Shown: positions 8,219-15,668, counted from the first letter of the stretch. The stretch is DNA of 20,000 bases from an uncultured virus (IMG/VR IMGVR_UViG_3300014350_000183) (IMGVR_UViG_3300014350_000183); one strand, 5' to 3'. Program-made: numbers and translations. Notes: generated by a model not told the origin, from the letters alone.

Positions 8219-9727
8219 TTAGCGCCAACTTGCCTGCATAAACCCAATCTCTTTCTTTTCCGCCAGCTTATTGAACGCACCCGCCGTCGCATCGGCTTGG
8301 TCACGATACATCCCATTGGGGATGGCAACCATCTCCTCAATGTAATCGTGATTCCATTTGCCCCTGACCAATTTCACATTCCCCGCTTCGGTCTGTGCGG
8401 CGAATGGTTCTAACCGTGTATCCTTATCGCCTGTGGGACGGTCTGCATACACCGAGTGACCAACCAGATTGCGTATGGTGGCTTCTGCCGATTCCTTCCC
8501 ACCACTACCCGGTTCTTGTTCGATGAATACGCGAACTTTTCCTGCGCCGTATTTCTGGGCATCCAGTTCAGCCGTTTGCTTAATCACCCGTTCCCGTTCC
8601 AATGCGGAATACCATCCACGCACCACATCTTCGATGTAAATCATCCCGTCATCTGTCATGGCGATGAGTACGCCCGCAGTCGCGGCAGATTTTCCATTTC
8701 CGTTTGAATACGCCGTCCCTGCTTTGTCCCAATACCTTATCCGTTTGGCATGAATCGGCGCACTGTCCACAATCTCAAACCATGACCGCTTAAACCGATT
8801 CCCCTCTGCACTTCTCGGCACACCCTGATATTCCGATGTCCATGCCATGATACCAACATCGCGTTTAATCCGCAGGAGTTCTTCTTTGCTAAATCGGCTT
8901 GGCGATAAGGCTTCACCCGCTTCTCTCCCTAATGGGTCTGGCTGACCTATTGGCAACCCCAAATATTGGTTATTTGCATCCCGTTCTTCTTGAGATTCGG
9001 CTAATGCAGGCAGTCTTAATACGGTCCATTCCTCTGGGTTATCCGCCAAAAGCATCCCTGCGAGGTCGTTTTGATGCCACCGCGTCATAATCAGCACAAT
9101 CGCACCCCCTTCCCAAATACGGGTACGAAATGTCGCCCGATACCAATCCCACACCCGTTCACGATATGTCCGACTCTGTGCCTGCTCCCAATTTTCATGC
9201 GGGTCATCTATAATCCCAAACAACCCGCCATGCCCCGTGACGGGACCGCCAACCCCAACCGCCAACATGCTCCCACGATATGGCGCGTTCAATAACCAAT
9301 TATCCACCGCCCGACTATCTGACCGGGTTTCCACTGGTGGCAGATTGCGTAACGCATACCGTCCAAACAAACGGCTATACTCAGTAGATTCCACCACAGC
9401 TCGCGCCTGACGTGATTTCGATTCTGCCAGTGATGCCCCATAGCTAGATAACACAATCGGGTCATTTGAACGGTCTCCCAAACACAAGGCAGGGAAACGG
9501 ACGGATGTTAATTCGCTTTTCCCATGCTGGGGTGGGGTGAATATCATTAGCCGTTTTATCAACCCCATTCGCACATCATCCAATTTAGAAGCAATGAGAT
9601 GATGTACAGGGTCAGCTTTATATTCAGGATAAGTGTATTGCGTGAACGCCATTAACCCCAATCGCGCCAGTTTACGCCGATGGTATTCTATACCCGCTTG
9701 TTTCCTTGTGATTAACTCACCACCCAT
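8219..9727 (-). CDS. terL: Terminase large subunit
   Basis: Walker A PPQHGKSE, Walker B GIIDDP, IMTRWHQNDL, and RNase H-like nuclease residues YWDKAG, IEQEPGSGGK and DQADA. Confidence 0.97.
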   Translation of the reverse strand: MGGELITRKQAGIEYHRRKLARLGLMAFTQYTYPEYKADPVHHLIASKLDDVRMGLIKRLMIFTPPQHGKSELTSVRFPALCLGDRSNDPIVLSSYGASLAESKSRQARAVVESTEYSRLFGRYALRNLPPVETRSDSRAVDNWLLNAPYRGSMLAVGVGGPVTGHGGLFGIIDDPHENWEQAQSRTYRERVWDWYRATFRTRIWEGGAIVLIMTRWHQNDLAGMLLADNPEEWTVLRLPALAESQEERDANNQYLGLPIGQPDPLGREAGEALSPSRFSKEELLRIKRDVGIMAWTSEYQGVPRSAEGNRFKRSWFEIVDSAPIHAKRIRYWDKAGTAYSNGNGKSAATAGVLIAMTDDGMIYIEDVVRGWYSALERERVIKQTAELDAQKYGAGKVRVFIEQEPGSGGKESAEATIRNLVGHSVYADRPTGDKDTRLEPFAAQTEAGNVKLVRGKWNHDYIEEMVAIPNGMYRDQADATAGAFNKLAEKKEIGFMQASWR

Positions 9728-9728
9728 G

Positions 9729-10322
9729 TTAATCCCCCATGATGATAGTTAAAAGTTCCTCATCCGATAATTCTTCGGGGTTAATCGTGTGTTGAATCTT
9801 GCCAACCACCGCCATTTTAGTGATTTCCAAACCAAGCAATTTGTCAATTTGCGCCTGCGCTTTCATGGCGGTTTCTAACCAATTCCGTTGTTCACTGGCA
9901 ATCTTAGGCGAATACACCCGCATTTCGCTCATGGTGGCACTCGCCTTGCGATACCCCTCCCAAGCGCGTGTTTTAATTTCTTCATATTGAGCGATGGATT
10001 TTGCCCGCGCATCGTCCACCTGTTGCATACTATCCCGTCGCCACAGCGTATACACCCGTTGTATATCGCGTTGGGCGGTGCGAATGGGGATAGAGAGCGC
10101 CTCTGCCACCTGATGCCCCTTTGCCCCTTGCACGATGAGATTGGCAACCGTTGCCAGTCGCCTCAGAATTTCTTCATCTTGGTCCCACGGGATATTCTTC
10201 TGATTCCGATTGCGTGGGGGTGGCAATTCAGGGACGATGATTTGCGGTTTTACTTTTTCCGCTTTGGGCTTCGGTGGTTGGGGTGGCTTCGGTGGTCTAC
10301 CCCGTTTTTTCGGCTCATCCAT
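9729..10322 (-). CDS. terS: Terminase small subunit-like HTH protein
   Basis: Directly upstream of TerL. HTH GAKGHQVAEALSIPIRTAQRDI, KLLGL motif and C-terminal PEELSDEEL. N-terminal AT-hook-like KKRGRPPKP. Confidence 0.8.
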   Translation of the reverse strand: MDEPKKRGRPPKPPQPPKPKAEKVKPQIIVPELPPPRNRNQKNIPWDQDEEILRRLATVANLIVQGAKGHQVAEALSIPIRTAQRDIQRVYTLWRRDSMQQVDDARAKSIAQYEEIKTRAWEGYRKASATMSEMRVYSPKIASEQRNWLETAMKAQAQIDKLLGLEITKMAVVGKIQHTINPEELSDEELLTIIMGD

Positions 10323-10485
10323 CTTCACCCCCCTCTAGTTGTTCATCCTCATCATGGTTGGCATCTTTAACCAAATCCATGCCTTGCTTGAATTTATCTG
10401 CGATTTCCGACTCTGTTTTGGCGTTCATAATTTGTTCCGCCAATTCAAGGGCTTTCATCAATCTTGCTTTCGCATCATCACTCAT
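10315..10485 (-). CDS. Small acidic hypothetical protein (56 aa, MSDDAKARL...)
   Basis: ATG 10485 overlaps the ParB stop (ATGA coupling) and the stop overlaps the terS start. Confidence 0.7.
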   Translation of the reverse strand: MSDDAKARLMKALELAEQIMNAKTESEIADKFKQGMDLVKDANHDEDEQLEGGEDG

Positions 10486-11240
10486 GAGTTTGTCTCCATT
10501 TCCTCTGCTAATTGGGCTAATCTCTCTAGTGCCAAGCGTGCCATTTCTGCCAGTGCGGTTGGCGCATTGACAATATCCATATCGGCACGCACACGCTGAA
10601 ACGCTTTCTTCCATTCCTCATAAATCTCGCGGTTGGCAATATACACCGCATCTACTTGCGTCTTGGGCATAATCGCCTCGATGACCGCATCAAAGTCGCA
10701 TTTCTGTGTCGGCAGGAACACCAGCATAATCGTTTTGGCAGTCGTGACCATATTCACATCTACTGGCTTAAAACTCACTGGTTTCAGGTCAGAAAATTGG
10801 GCAGGGTCAATGAACGCCTCAAATCGCGCTTGCACATCGTCGATCTGTTCCCATATCCGCTTCACGATTTCGGGGTCAGATGTGCCATGAATACTGTTAT
10901 GAGCTAACTGCTTGGCGCGAATCTGGGATGGGGTGAGTTCCGTGTACACAATGGCGAGTGTCTTAGCGATACCCGCCGTCCGCATGGCGCGGATACGATG
11001 ATGCCCACTGACAATATCCAACCCCTTATCCGTCTTAACCAATAGAGGCAACGATTCTGGCGCACCTGAATTTTTCAGGTTATTCACCAATTGGTCAAAC
11101 ATCGCTTTGGGCATGGATTGGGCATTCAGGTCTTGTTCGCGCACATCATCCACCCCCACATACATCAAGCGCATGTTGGTCGGTAGCACCTGCGCGGATA
11201 AGGCTTCGAGCGTGGCATTAATATCGGTTAAGTCGGTCAT
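10482..11240 (-). CDS. ParB/Srx-like N-terminal domain protein
   Basis: NAQSM...FDQLVNNL...LPLL...IVSGHHRIRAM...QLAHNSIHG motifs. ATG 11240 is coupled (ATGA) to the MTase stop. Confidence 0.88.
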   Translation of the reverse strand: MTDLTDINATLEALSAQVLPTNMRLMYVGVDDVREQDLNAQSMPKAMFDQLVNNLKNSGAPESLPLLVKTDKGLDIVSGHHRIRAMRTAGIAKTLAIVYTELTPSQIRAKQLAHNSIHGTSDPEIVKRIWEQIDDVQARFEAFIDPAQFSDLKPVSFKPVDVNMVTTAKTIMLVFLPTQKCDFDAVIEAIMPKTQVDAVYIANREIYEEWKKAFQRVRADMDIVNAPTALAEMARLALERLAQLAEEMETNS

Positions 11241-12685
11241 TTTCCATCCTTCTGCACATCGGCAAATCGGGTTAACCACTCTTTCAGCGTCGCCTCACGA
11301 CTACGCCGATTCGTGGCGGTGCTATACGTTAACTTATACGTCCCGTCTTTTTGTTGTTCGCGGGTATCCAGCTTAAAAATCCCCCGCGCACTTTTCACCT
11401 CTGGATGATGCGTGAGCATGGTGGTCTTAACGTGTTTCGGCGCTCCGTTCAGCTCATACCAATTCTCTGCACCCAGCACATCATCCCAAAACCATTCGCT
11501 GGTGATGCTCATGAGCGTGAGTTTGTGTAACCTGTCATATCTGGGATGCCCTGCTGTGAAGGCGAATGTGACACTCGCGCAATGCTCCAGCACCTTATCC
11601 CCCTTCTTTATCACCTTCCCCCTACGCAAATCGGCAAGGTGTAATCCGATGATACCCATGAGGAAGCCGTCCGCGATGAGCGCGATATACATCTCGGTCA
11701 CGCTACCCGGTAAACGGTGGATGAACAGGTCGCGGTAATAATCCCCCACCCCTTTTTCGACTCTGAGCGCCTTAATCGCCGTCTTGTCGGTGATGTCACC
11801 CGTGAACAGTGGGAATTTCGCCCCACTCGCCACAATCTTCCCTCTGGATGCTTCGACTCCCACCGGGTCACGGTTAGCGATAATCCAGTTAATCGCCGCC
11901 TGCCCCATACTATTGGGACGGTCTGCAAACACACTCCGCCACGGACTACCCCACTGTGGCGACGGGTCTTCACCATCTGTCGCATAGTACATCAGCGAGA
12001 GCGCCTCATCTTCTGCCAGCATATCCATGAGCGTGGGATAATCCTTCTCGGTGAATTGCTTGGCACTCGGTTCATCCCACGCGAAAATCTCATCTATGCC
12101 CGCAAACATACGAGAGTAACCCCCGGTATATCGTGGTGGATTAATTAAGCCAACAATATCGGCGCTCCCTAGCTCATTTTCCATCGTCACCCACATATCT
12201 TGAGGCAAGTAAGTCAATCCTTGCAGGTATGACCGCATTTCGATGACCTGCTCCCGCAATTGCCCGATGTACACCAAGCTATTACGGACAAGTTCCATCC
12301 GCCGATGTTCGTGATACGCCTTCTTGTCCTTCCGCACATATTGCAAAATCCGCACCATGAGCAATACCCCTACCGCCTTATCCAGTGGGGTTGTCATGAG
12401 TGGGGTCATGATGTCGGCATATTCAGGCGATACACCATCTTTGAGGTCTAATCGCCAGTCACTATCCATGATGGCATTGCCGAGTGCGGTGGAATACAGC
12501 GAGATGTCACCACACACGATACTATCTGCCGATACACCCGCCTCACGCGCCACCCACGCCAATGAGAATGACCCGGTACACGGGATGACCACCTTGCGCG
12601 GTTTGACTGCACCTAACACTCTAGCGGTATACCCTCTCGTTTTGCTTCTCGGTATTCCCCGGAATAAAATATCTGGATTGGAAAT
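11237..12685 (-). CDS. Phage Dam-like N6-adenine methyltransferase fused to a GNAT-like domain (putative DNA-modification/antirestriction protein)
   Basis: SAM-binding-like VVIPCTGSFSL and IVCGDISLYS, catalytic-like INPPRY. C-terminal domain YYRDLF...IALIADGFLMGIIG...TTMLTHHPEVKSARGIFKL. The reading frame extends upstream to ATT 12685, 8 nt after AGGAGG. Confidence 0.75.
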   Translation of the reverse strand: MSNPDILFRGIPRSKTRGYTARVLGAVKPRKVVIPCTGSFSLAWVAREAGVSADSIVCGDISLYSTALGNAIMDSDWRLDLKDGVSPEYADIMTPLMTTPLDKAVGVLLMVRILQYVRKDKKAYHEHRRMELVRNSLVYIGQLREQVIEMRSYLQGLTYLPQDMWVTMENELGSADIVGLINPPRYTGGYSRMFAGIDEIFAWDEPSAKQFTEKDYPTLMDMLAEDEALSLMYYATDGEDPSPQWGSPWRSVFADRPNSMGQAAINWIIANRDPVGVEASRGKIVASGAKFPLFTGDITDKTAIKALRVEKGVGDYYRDLFIHRLPGSVTEMYIALIADGFLMGIIGLHLADLRRGKVIKKGDKVLEHCASVTFAFTAGHPRYDRLHKLTLMSITSEWFWDDVLGAENWYELNGAPKHVKTTMLTHHPEVKSARGIFKLDTREQQKDGTYKLTYSTATNRRSREATLKEWLTRFADVQKDGK

Positions 12686-12735
12686 ATGCCTACCCTCCTT
12701 TCTCCATTGGAGAAACGACCTATATAAACAAAAAG

Positions 12736-12806
12736 ACCAGCCCGTAGGATTTGTCCTACTCCTCCACCTTGAGCAGATGGCGACCTAACACATAGTCGAG
12801 GGCTGG
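12736..12806 (-). ncRNA. tRNA-like cloverleaf (degenerate or pseudo-tRNA, nominal anticodon CUC)
   Basis: CCAGCCC TC GACT ATGTGTTA GGTC G CCATC TGCTCAA GGTGG AGGA GTAGG ACAAAT CCTAC GGGCTGG T gives 7/4/5/5-bp stems with tRNA spacing, U8, A14, A21 and G26. It lacks G18G19, U33, the TTC of the T-loop and a CCA end. Confidence 0.7.
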
Positions 12807-12875
12807 ATAATGAGTCTGCCATGCGGAGGGTGTTTTTAGCCTATAGCACATCACACCAACAAAACACTTACCCAC

Positions 12876-12932
12876 AGCATAACAGAACTTTTGTTTTATC
12901 GCAAGTATACCTAACTCGTTTTCATACGTCAA
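12876..12932 (-). promoter_or_regulatory. Tandem sigma70-type promoters of the MTase-ParB-terminase operon
   Basis: TTGACG (12932-12927)-N17-TATACT (12909-12904) and TTGCGA (12904-12899)-N17-TATGCT (12881-12876, with extended TG). Box AGAAC-TTTT-GTTTT at 12884-12897. Confidence 0.7.
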
Positions 12933-12943
12933 GTGCCTAACCC

Positions 12944-12972
12944 TTGCATTTATGGAACGCCTATTCTAAAAT
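12944..12972 (+). promoter_or_regulatory. Divergent promoter of the DUF488 gene
   Basis: TTGCAT (12944-12949)-N17-TAAAAT (12967-12972), with GGAAC-GCCT-ATTCT (12954-12967) lying over the spacer. Confidence 0.55.
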
Positions 12973-13014
12973 ATATATAATGTAATGTGGTTTACTAATA
13001 AAGGATAAATCAAA

Positions 13015-13470
13015 ATGACAACACAACTTCACGCCCTCTATACACTCGGTTACACTGGCGCTAAACTCAATGACATCCAAGCATGGCTCGAATCCAATAA
13101 CGCCATTCTCGTAGATACTCGCTATTCACCCCTCTCGCGTGTCACCACTTGGCAAGGCGATAATCTCAAAAAGGTCATCGGCTCTCGCTATATCCACATG
13201 CGCTCACTTGGCAACAAGAACTACAAGAAACAATTCGGTGAAGGCATTATGATTGTAGACATGGAAAAAGGCGCATCCGACCTGCTCAATATCCTCAAGA
13301 CGCAACCTGTCGTATTGATGTGTGCTTGCGAGGATTATCACACCTGCCACCGCACCACCACCGCCGATGAGATGGCAAAACGCTATGGGGTTAAAGTGGT
13401 GCATCTGGCACTATCCGACCTGAAACCCACACCACCTAGCAAATCCGAACAAGACAAATTCCCCTTCTAA
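13015..13470 (+). CDS. DUF488 family protein
   Basis: LYTLGY, LVDTRYSPLSR, YIHMRSLG and LMCACEDYHTCHR (C-x7-CHR) signature motifs. Confidence 0.9.
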   Translation: MTTQLHALYTLGYTGAKLNDIQAWLESNNAILVDTRYSPLSRVTTWQGDNLKKVIGSRYIHMRSLGNKNYKKQFGEGIMIVDMEKGASDLLNILKTQPVVLMCACEDYHTCHRTTTADEMAKRYGVKVVHLALSDLKPTPPSKSEQDKFPF

Positions 13471-13480
13471 TCCGTTACCC

Positions 13481-13517
13481 AAACCCCTGTGATAACCATA
13501 ACACGGGGGTTTTTGTT
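13481..13517 (+). terminator. Rho-independent terminator after DUF488
   Basis: Stem AAACCCCTGTG / CACGGGGGTTT followed by a T-run. Confidence 0.8.
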
Positions 13518-13657
13518 TCTCCTCAGTAGCCTTAATGCTGTATGAATGGTCATTGTAAACACTATTATTTAATTGCTATATAATCTGTAATATGGCATAA
13601 TATGACTATTGAGGGTAGCAATTTGGTCTATCCCATACACAAAAAAGGATGTACAAA

Positions 13658-13888
13658 ATGAACAACTTGGCAACCGCAATCGCAAAAAAACTCCATACAC
13701 TCCGAGAGAAAAAAGCCTTCAAAATCGTCGACACAGACATCGATGGCAAGGTTAAAACACTCGCCATTGTGACACATGCCGATTTTGTGGCGGTCTCTGC
13801 GGGCAATACCCTAGAGGATATTCTCTCGTGTGATGGTGATGTGGATTGGGTGGCGTATCGCCTCAGTCAACGGTGCAAATGTGATTAA
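13658..13888 (+). CDS. Small hypothetical protein (76 aa, MNNLATAIAKK...)
   Basis: SD AAGGA 8 nt before ATG 13658, an AT-rich promoter-like region upstream and a terminator downstream. Confidence 0.7.
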   Translation: MNNLATAIAKKLHTLREKKAFKIVDTDIDGKVKTLAIVTHADFVAVSAGNTLEDILSCDGDVDWVAYRLSQRCKCD

Positions 13889-13932
13889 CCCCATTTCGGG
13901 GGTGAAGGGATAAACCCCTCACCATAGTTCAT

Positions 13933-13981
13933 AGGCTTGGTTGTTAATGCCGTAGGAAGCACAACCAAGCCTTTTTATTTT
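13933..13981 (+). terminator. Rho-independent terminator
   Basis: 12-bp stem AGGCTTGGTTGT / ACAACCAAGCCT followed by TTTTATTTT. Confidence 0.75.
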
Positions 13982-14059
13982 AGCATACAGCATTGATTTT
14001 GCATAAAGGGACAAGCTGATGAATCCCCTATCGAATCAACTCTAATTTAATTGTGTTGG

Positions 14060-15085
14060 CTATCCGCATTGTGTCTCGCAGAACCGCCCATCACGGTCTC
14101 TATCTAATCGTGAGGGGTCATTCGGGCAAGCACTCATATACTCATATAACTGTTGACAAGATAATGATTTACCTGCCCCAAAATCAGTACAATTATACTC
14201 ATCCCCACTACAACTCCAGTTACTCACAGGCGCGACTATCGGCTGTGTCGGCTGGATAGGCGATATAGCATTATTTTGTGCAGTCGCCACAGGTCTCACT
14301 ATCGGCGCACTGGGCGGTTCTACCGATGCAAGTGATACAAATGCACCAGTTACATATCCCACCTGCCCATTATATTGCACCTGATACCAAACCCGTGTAC
14401 CCTCAATTTCCTGACCATCATCTACACTGCCCGTCACATCCACATAATCCCCTCTAACCAATTGCCCTAATGACTCACAATCTGTCCTTGCACATATCCG
14501 AACATTGAGTATCTCACTGGTCACTCGTGCTGTGTCGGTTATTTCTCGCACATTATTGGGGGTTGTACTTGGGGTTGGGGATGATAAGGCTTGGGCTATT
14601 ATTGTCGCCCCAACGTCCGCCGTCATCGTCGCTCCAATCGGGGGCTCGCTCGGTGTTGAGGTGATAACAACATCCACTATCGGCGTTTGTGTGGGCGCGG
14701 TCTGCGTTCTTGCAGTATCCAACGCAATCAACGCCTGAGCTGTGAGCGTGGCTCTGCTCACTGGTGTAATGGTCGGTTGTACTGTGTTGGTTGGGCGGAT
14801 TGCTACCTGTTCAACTTGTGCGGGCGGGGTTGCCTTATCCTTCGGCGGAGCAAACAGACTCATTACCCATAGCACCCCAAAGCCGATAAGCCCCCACTTG
14901 AGCCACCGTCTTTTCTTCTTGGGCGGGTCGGCATGAACAGTCACTATCCGCACATCGTCACTCCGCCCCTGTAGGATGAGGTCGGCTAATTGTTGCTCCC
15001 CTTTCGGCTTACCTTTGCGTTTTGGCTTCATACCGATTGGGTCGGTATCCGATTCAATATCATCATTTTTGTGTTTTTTCGCCAT
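14060..15085 (-). CDS. Membrane-anchored protein with Thr/Pro-rich linker, SH3b domain and C-terminal Excalibur-like Ca-binding domain
   Basis: KKKRR followed by TM helix WLKWGLIGFGVLWVMSLF. SH3b: LNVRICART...WYQVQYNGQVGYV. Excalibur-like: NCTDF...C...LDRDRDGRFCE. SD AAAGGGG before ATG 15085. Confidence 0.85.
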   Translation of the reverse strand: MAKKHKNDDIESDTDPIGMKPKRKGKPKGEQQLADLILQGRSDDVRIVTVHADPPKKKRRWLKWGLIGFGVLWVMSLFAPPKDKATPPAQVEQVAIRPTNTVQPTITPVSRATLTAQALIALDTARTQTAPTQTPIVDVVITSTPSEPPIGATMTADVGATIIAQALSSPTPSTTPNNVREITDTARVTSEILNVRICARTDCESLGQLVRGDYVDVTGSVDDGQEIEGTRVWYQVQYNGQVGYVTGAFVSLASVEPPSAPIVRPVATAQNNAISPIQPTQPIVAPVSNWSCSGDEYNCTDFGAGKSLSCQQLYEYMSACPNDPSRLDRDRDGRFCETQCG

Positions 15086-15154
15086 TGGAGAAACCCCTTT
15101 CAAAATATTCTACCTAAAAATTAACCCCTCCTCATTCTATCACATATTCTTCAT

Positions 15155-15270
15155 AAAACCCCTAAAATCCCCCTCTAAAACCCCAAAATAACCCTTCCTT
15201 CATATCCCATTTTATCCCCCACTATCCCACCTTATCCCCACACTGCCCCACATCGGCACGCATTGCCCCC
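15155..15270. repeat. C-tract repeat array (AAAACCCC-type units, then TATCCC(C)AC-type units)
   Basis: TTATCCCCACACTATCCCACC (15211-15231) and TTATCCCCACACTGCCCCACA (15232-15252), with ~10-11-bp periodic C-tracts. Confidence 0.75.
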
Positions 15271-15668
15271 GCTTCGCAAAAATCCCAAAGTACCACCTAC
15301 GTTAAGCATCCTTCGGTTTACGCAGAAGGCGAATAGCCCTCTTTACGCGGGCAACAACCCTATAATGCAGGTATTACAACTCGGTTTTAGCGGGGCGGGG
15401 AGCGGTAATAGAGACGCTAATACCGATTCATCCCTCTCACGTTCCGACTTTCTGACGTTCTCATTACGGGGTGCTGTGGCGTATGTTCATAGAACATTTT
15501 GCGTTACGTAATGCCTTTCATTATGTGGCTTGGCGAGGGTAATGTACCTTAAGCCAAGTCAATGCAACCTCACGTACCAACACATGCGTTCTATGGGATA
15601 ATAAATATAGAGGTTAATGAACGGGGCTTCCTCTACCCCACTAATCCGTTCAACTTTAGGAGGTTGAA

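Noticed and set aside
10486..10614. N-terminal extension of ORF 10315..10614 (likewise 11241-11279 for ParB)
   Set aside because: These overlap the upstream genes. ATGA-coupled starts at 10485 and 11240 are more plausible.
149..12788. Plus-strand ORFs over the structural module and minus-strand ORFs over the helicase (16524-19866)
   Set aside because: These are antisense shadows of well-supported genes, with no recognisable motifs.
12736..12806. Functional tRNA-Glu(CUC)
   Set aside because: It lacks U33, G18G19, a 7-nt TTC T-loop and CCA, so it is reported only as tRNA-like.
13945..13965. SRP RNA-like loop (CCGTAGGAAGCA)
   Set aside because: It lacks the CAGG/GNRA/AGCAG domain IV arrangement. 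The hairpin plus T-run fits a terminator.
14005..14045. Hammerhead ribozyme (CTGATGA core at ~14017)
   Set aside because: There is no GAAA after a credible stem II and no stem I/III pairing.
15082..15094. 13-bp match CCATTGGAGAAAC shared with 12704-12716 as an att or target-site duplication
   Set aside because: It is short, both copies sit at translation-start contexts, and there is no integrase or transposase nearby. Chance cannot be excluded.
15155..15270. CRISPR array
   Set aside because: The units are ~10-21 bp, degenerate and contiguous, with no unique spacers and no cas genes.
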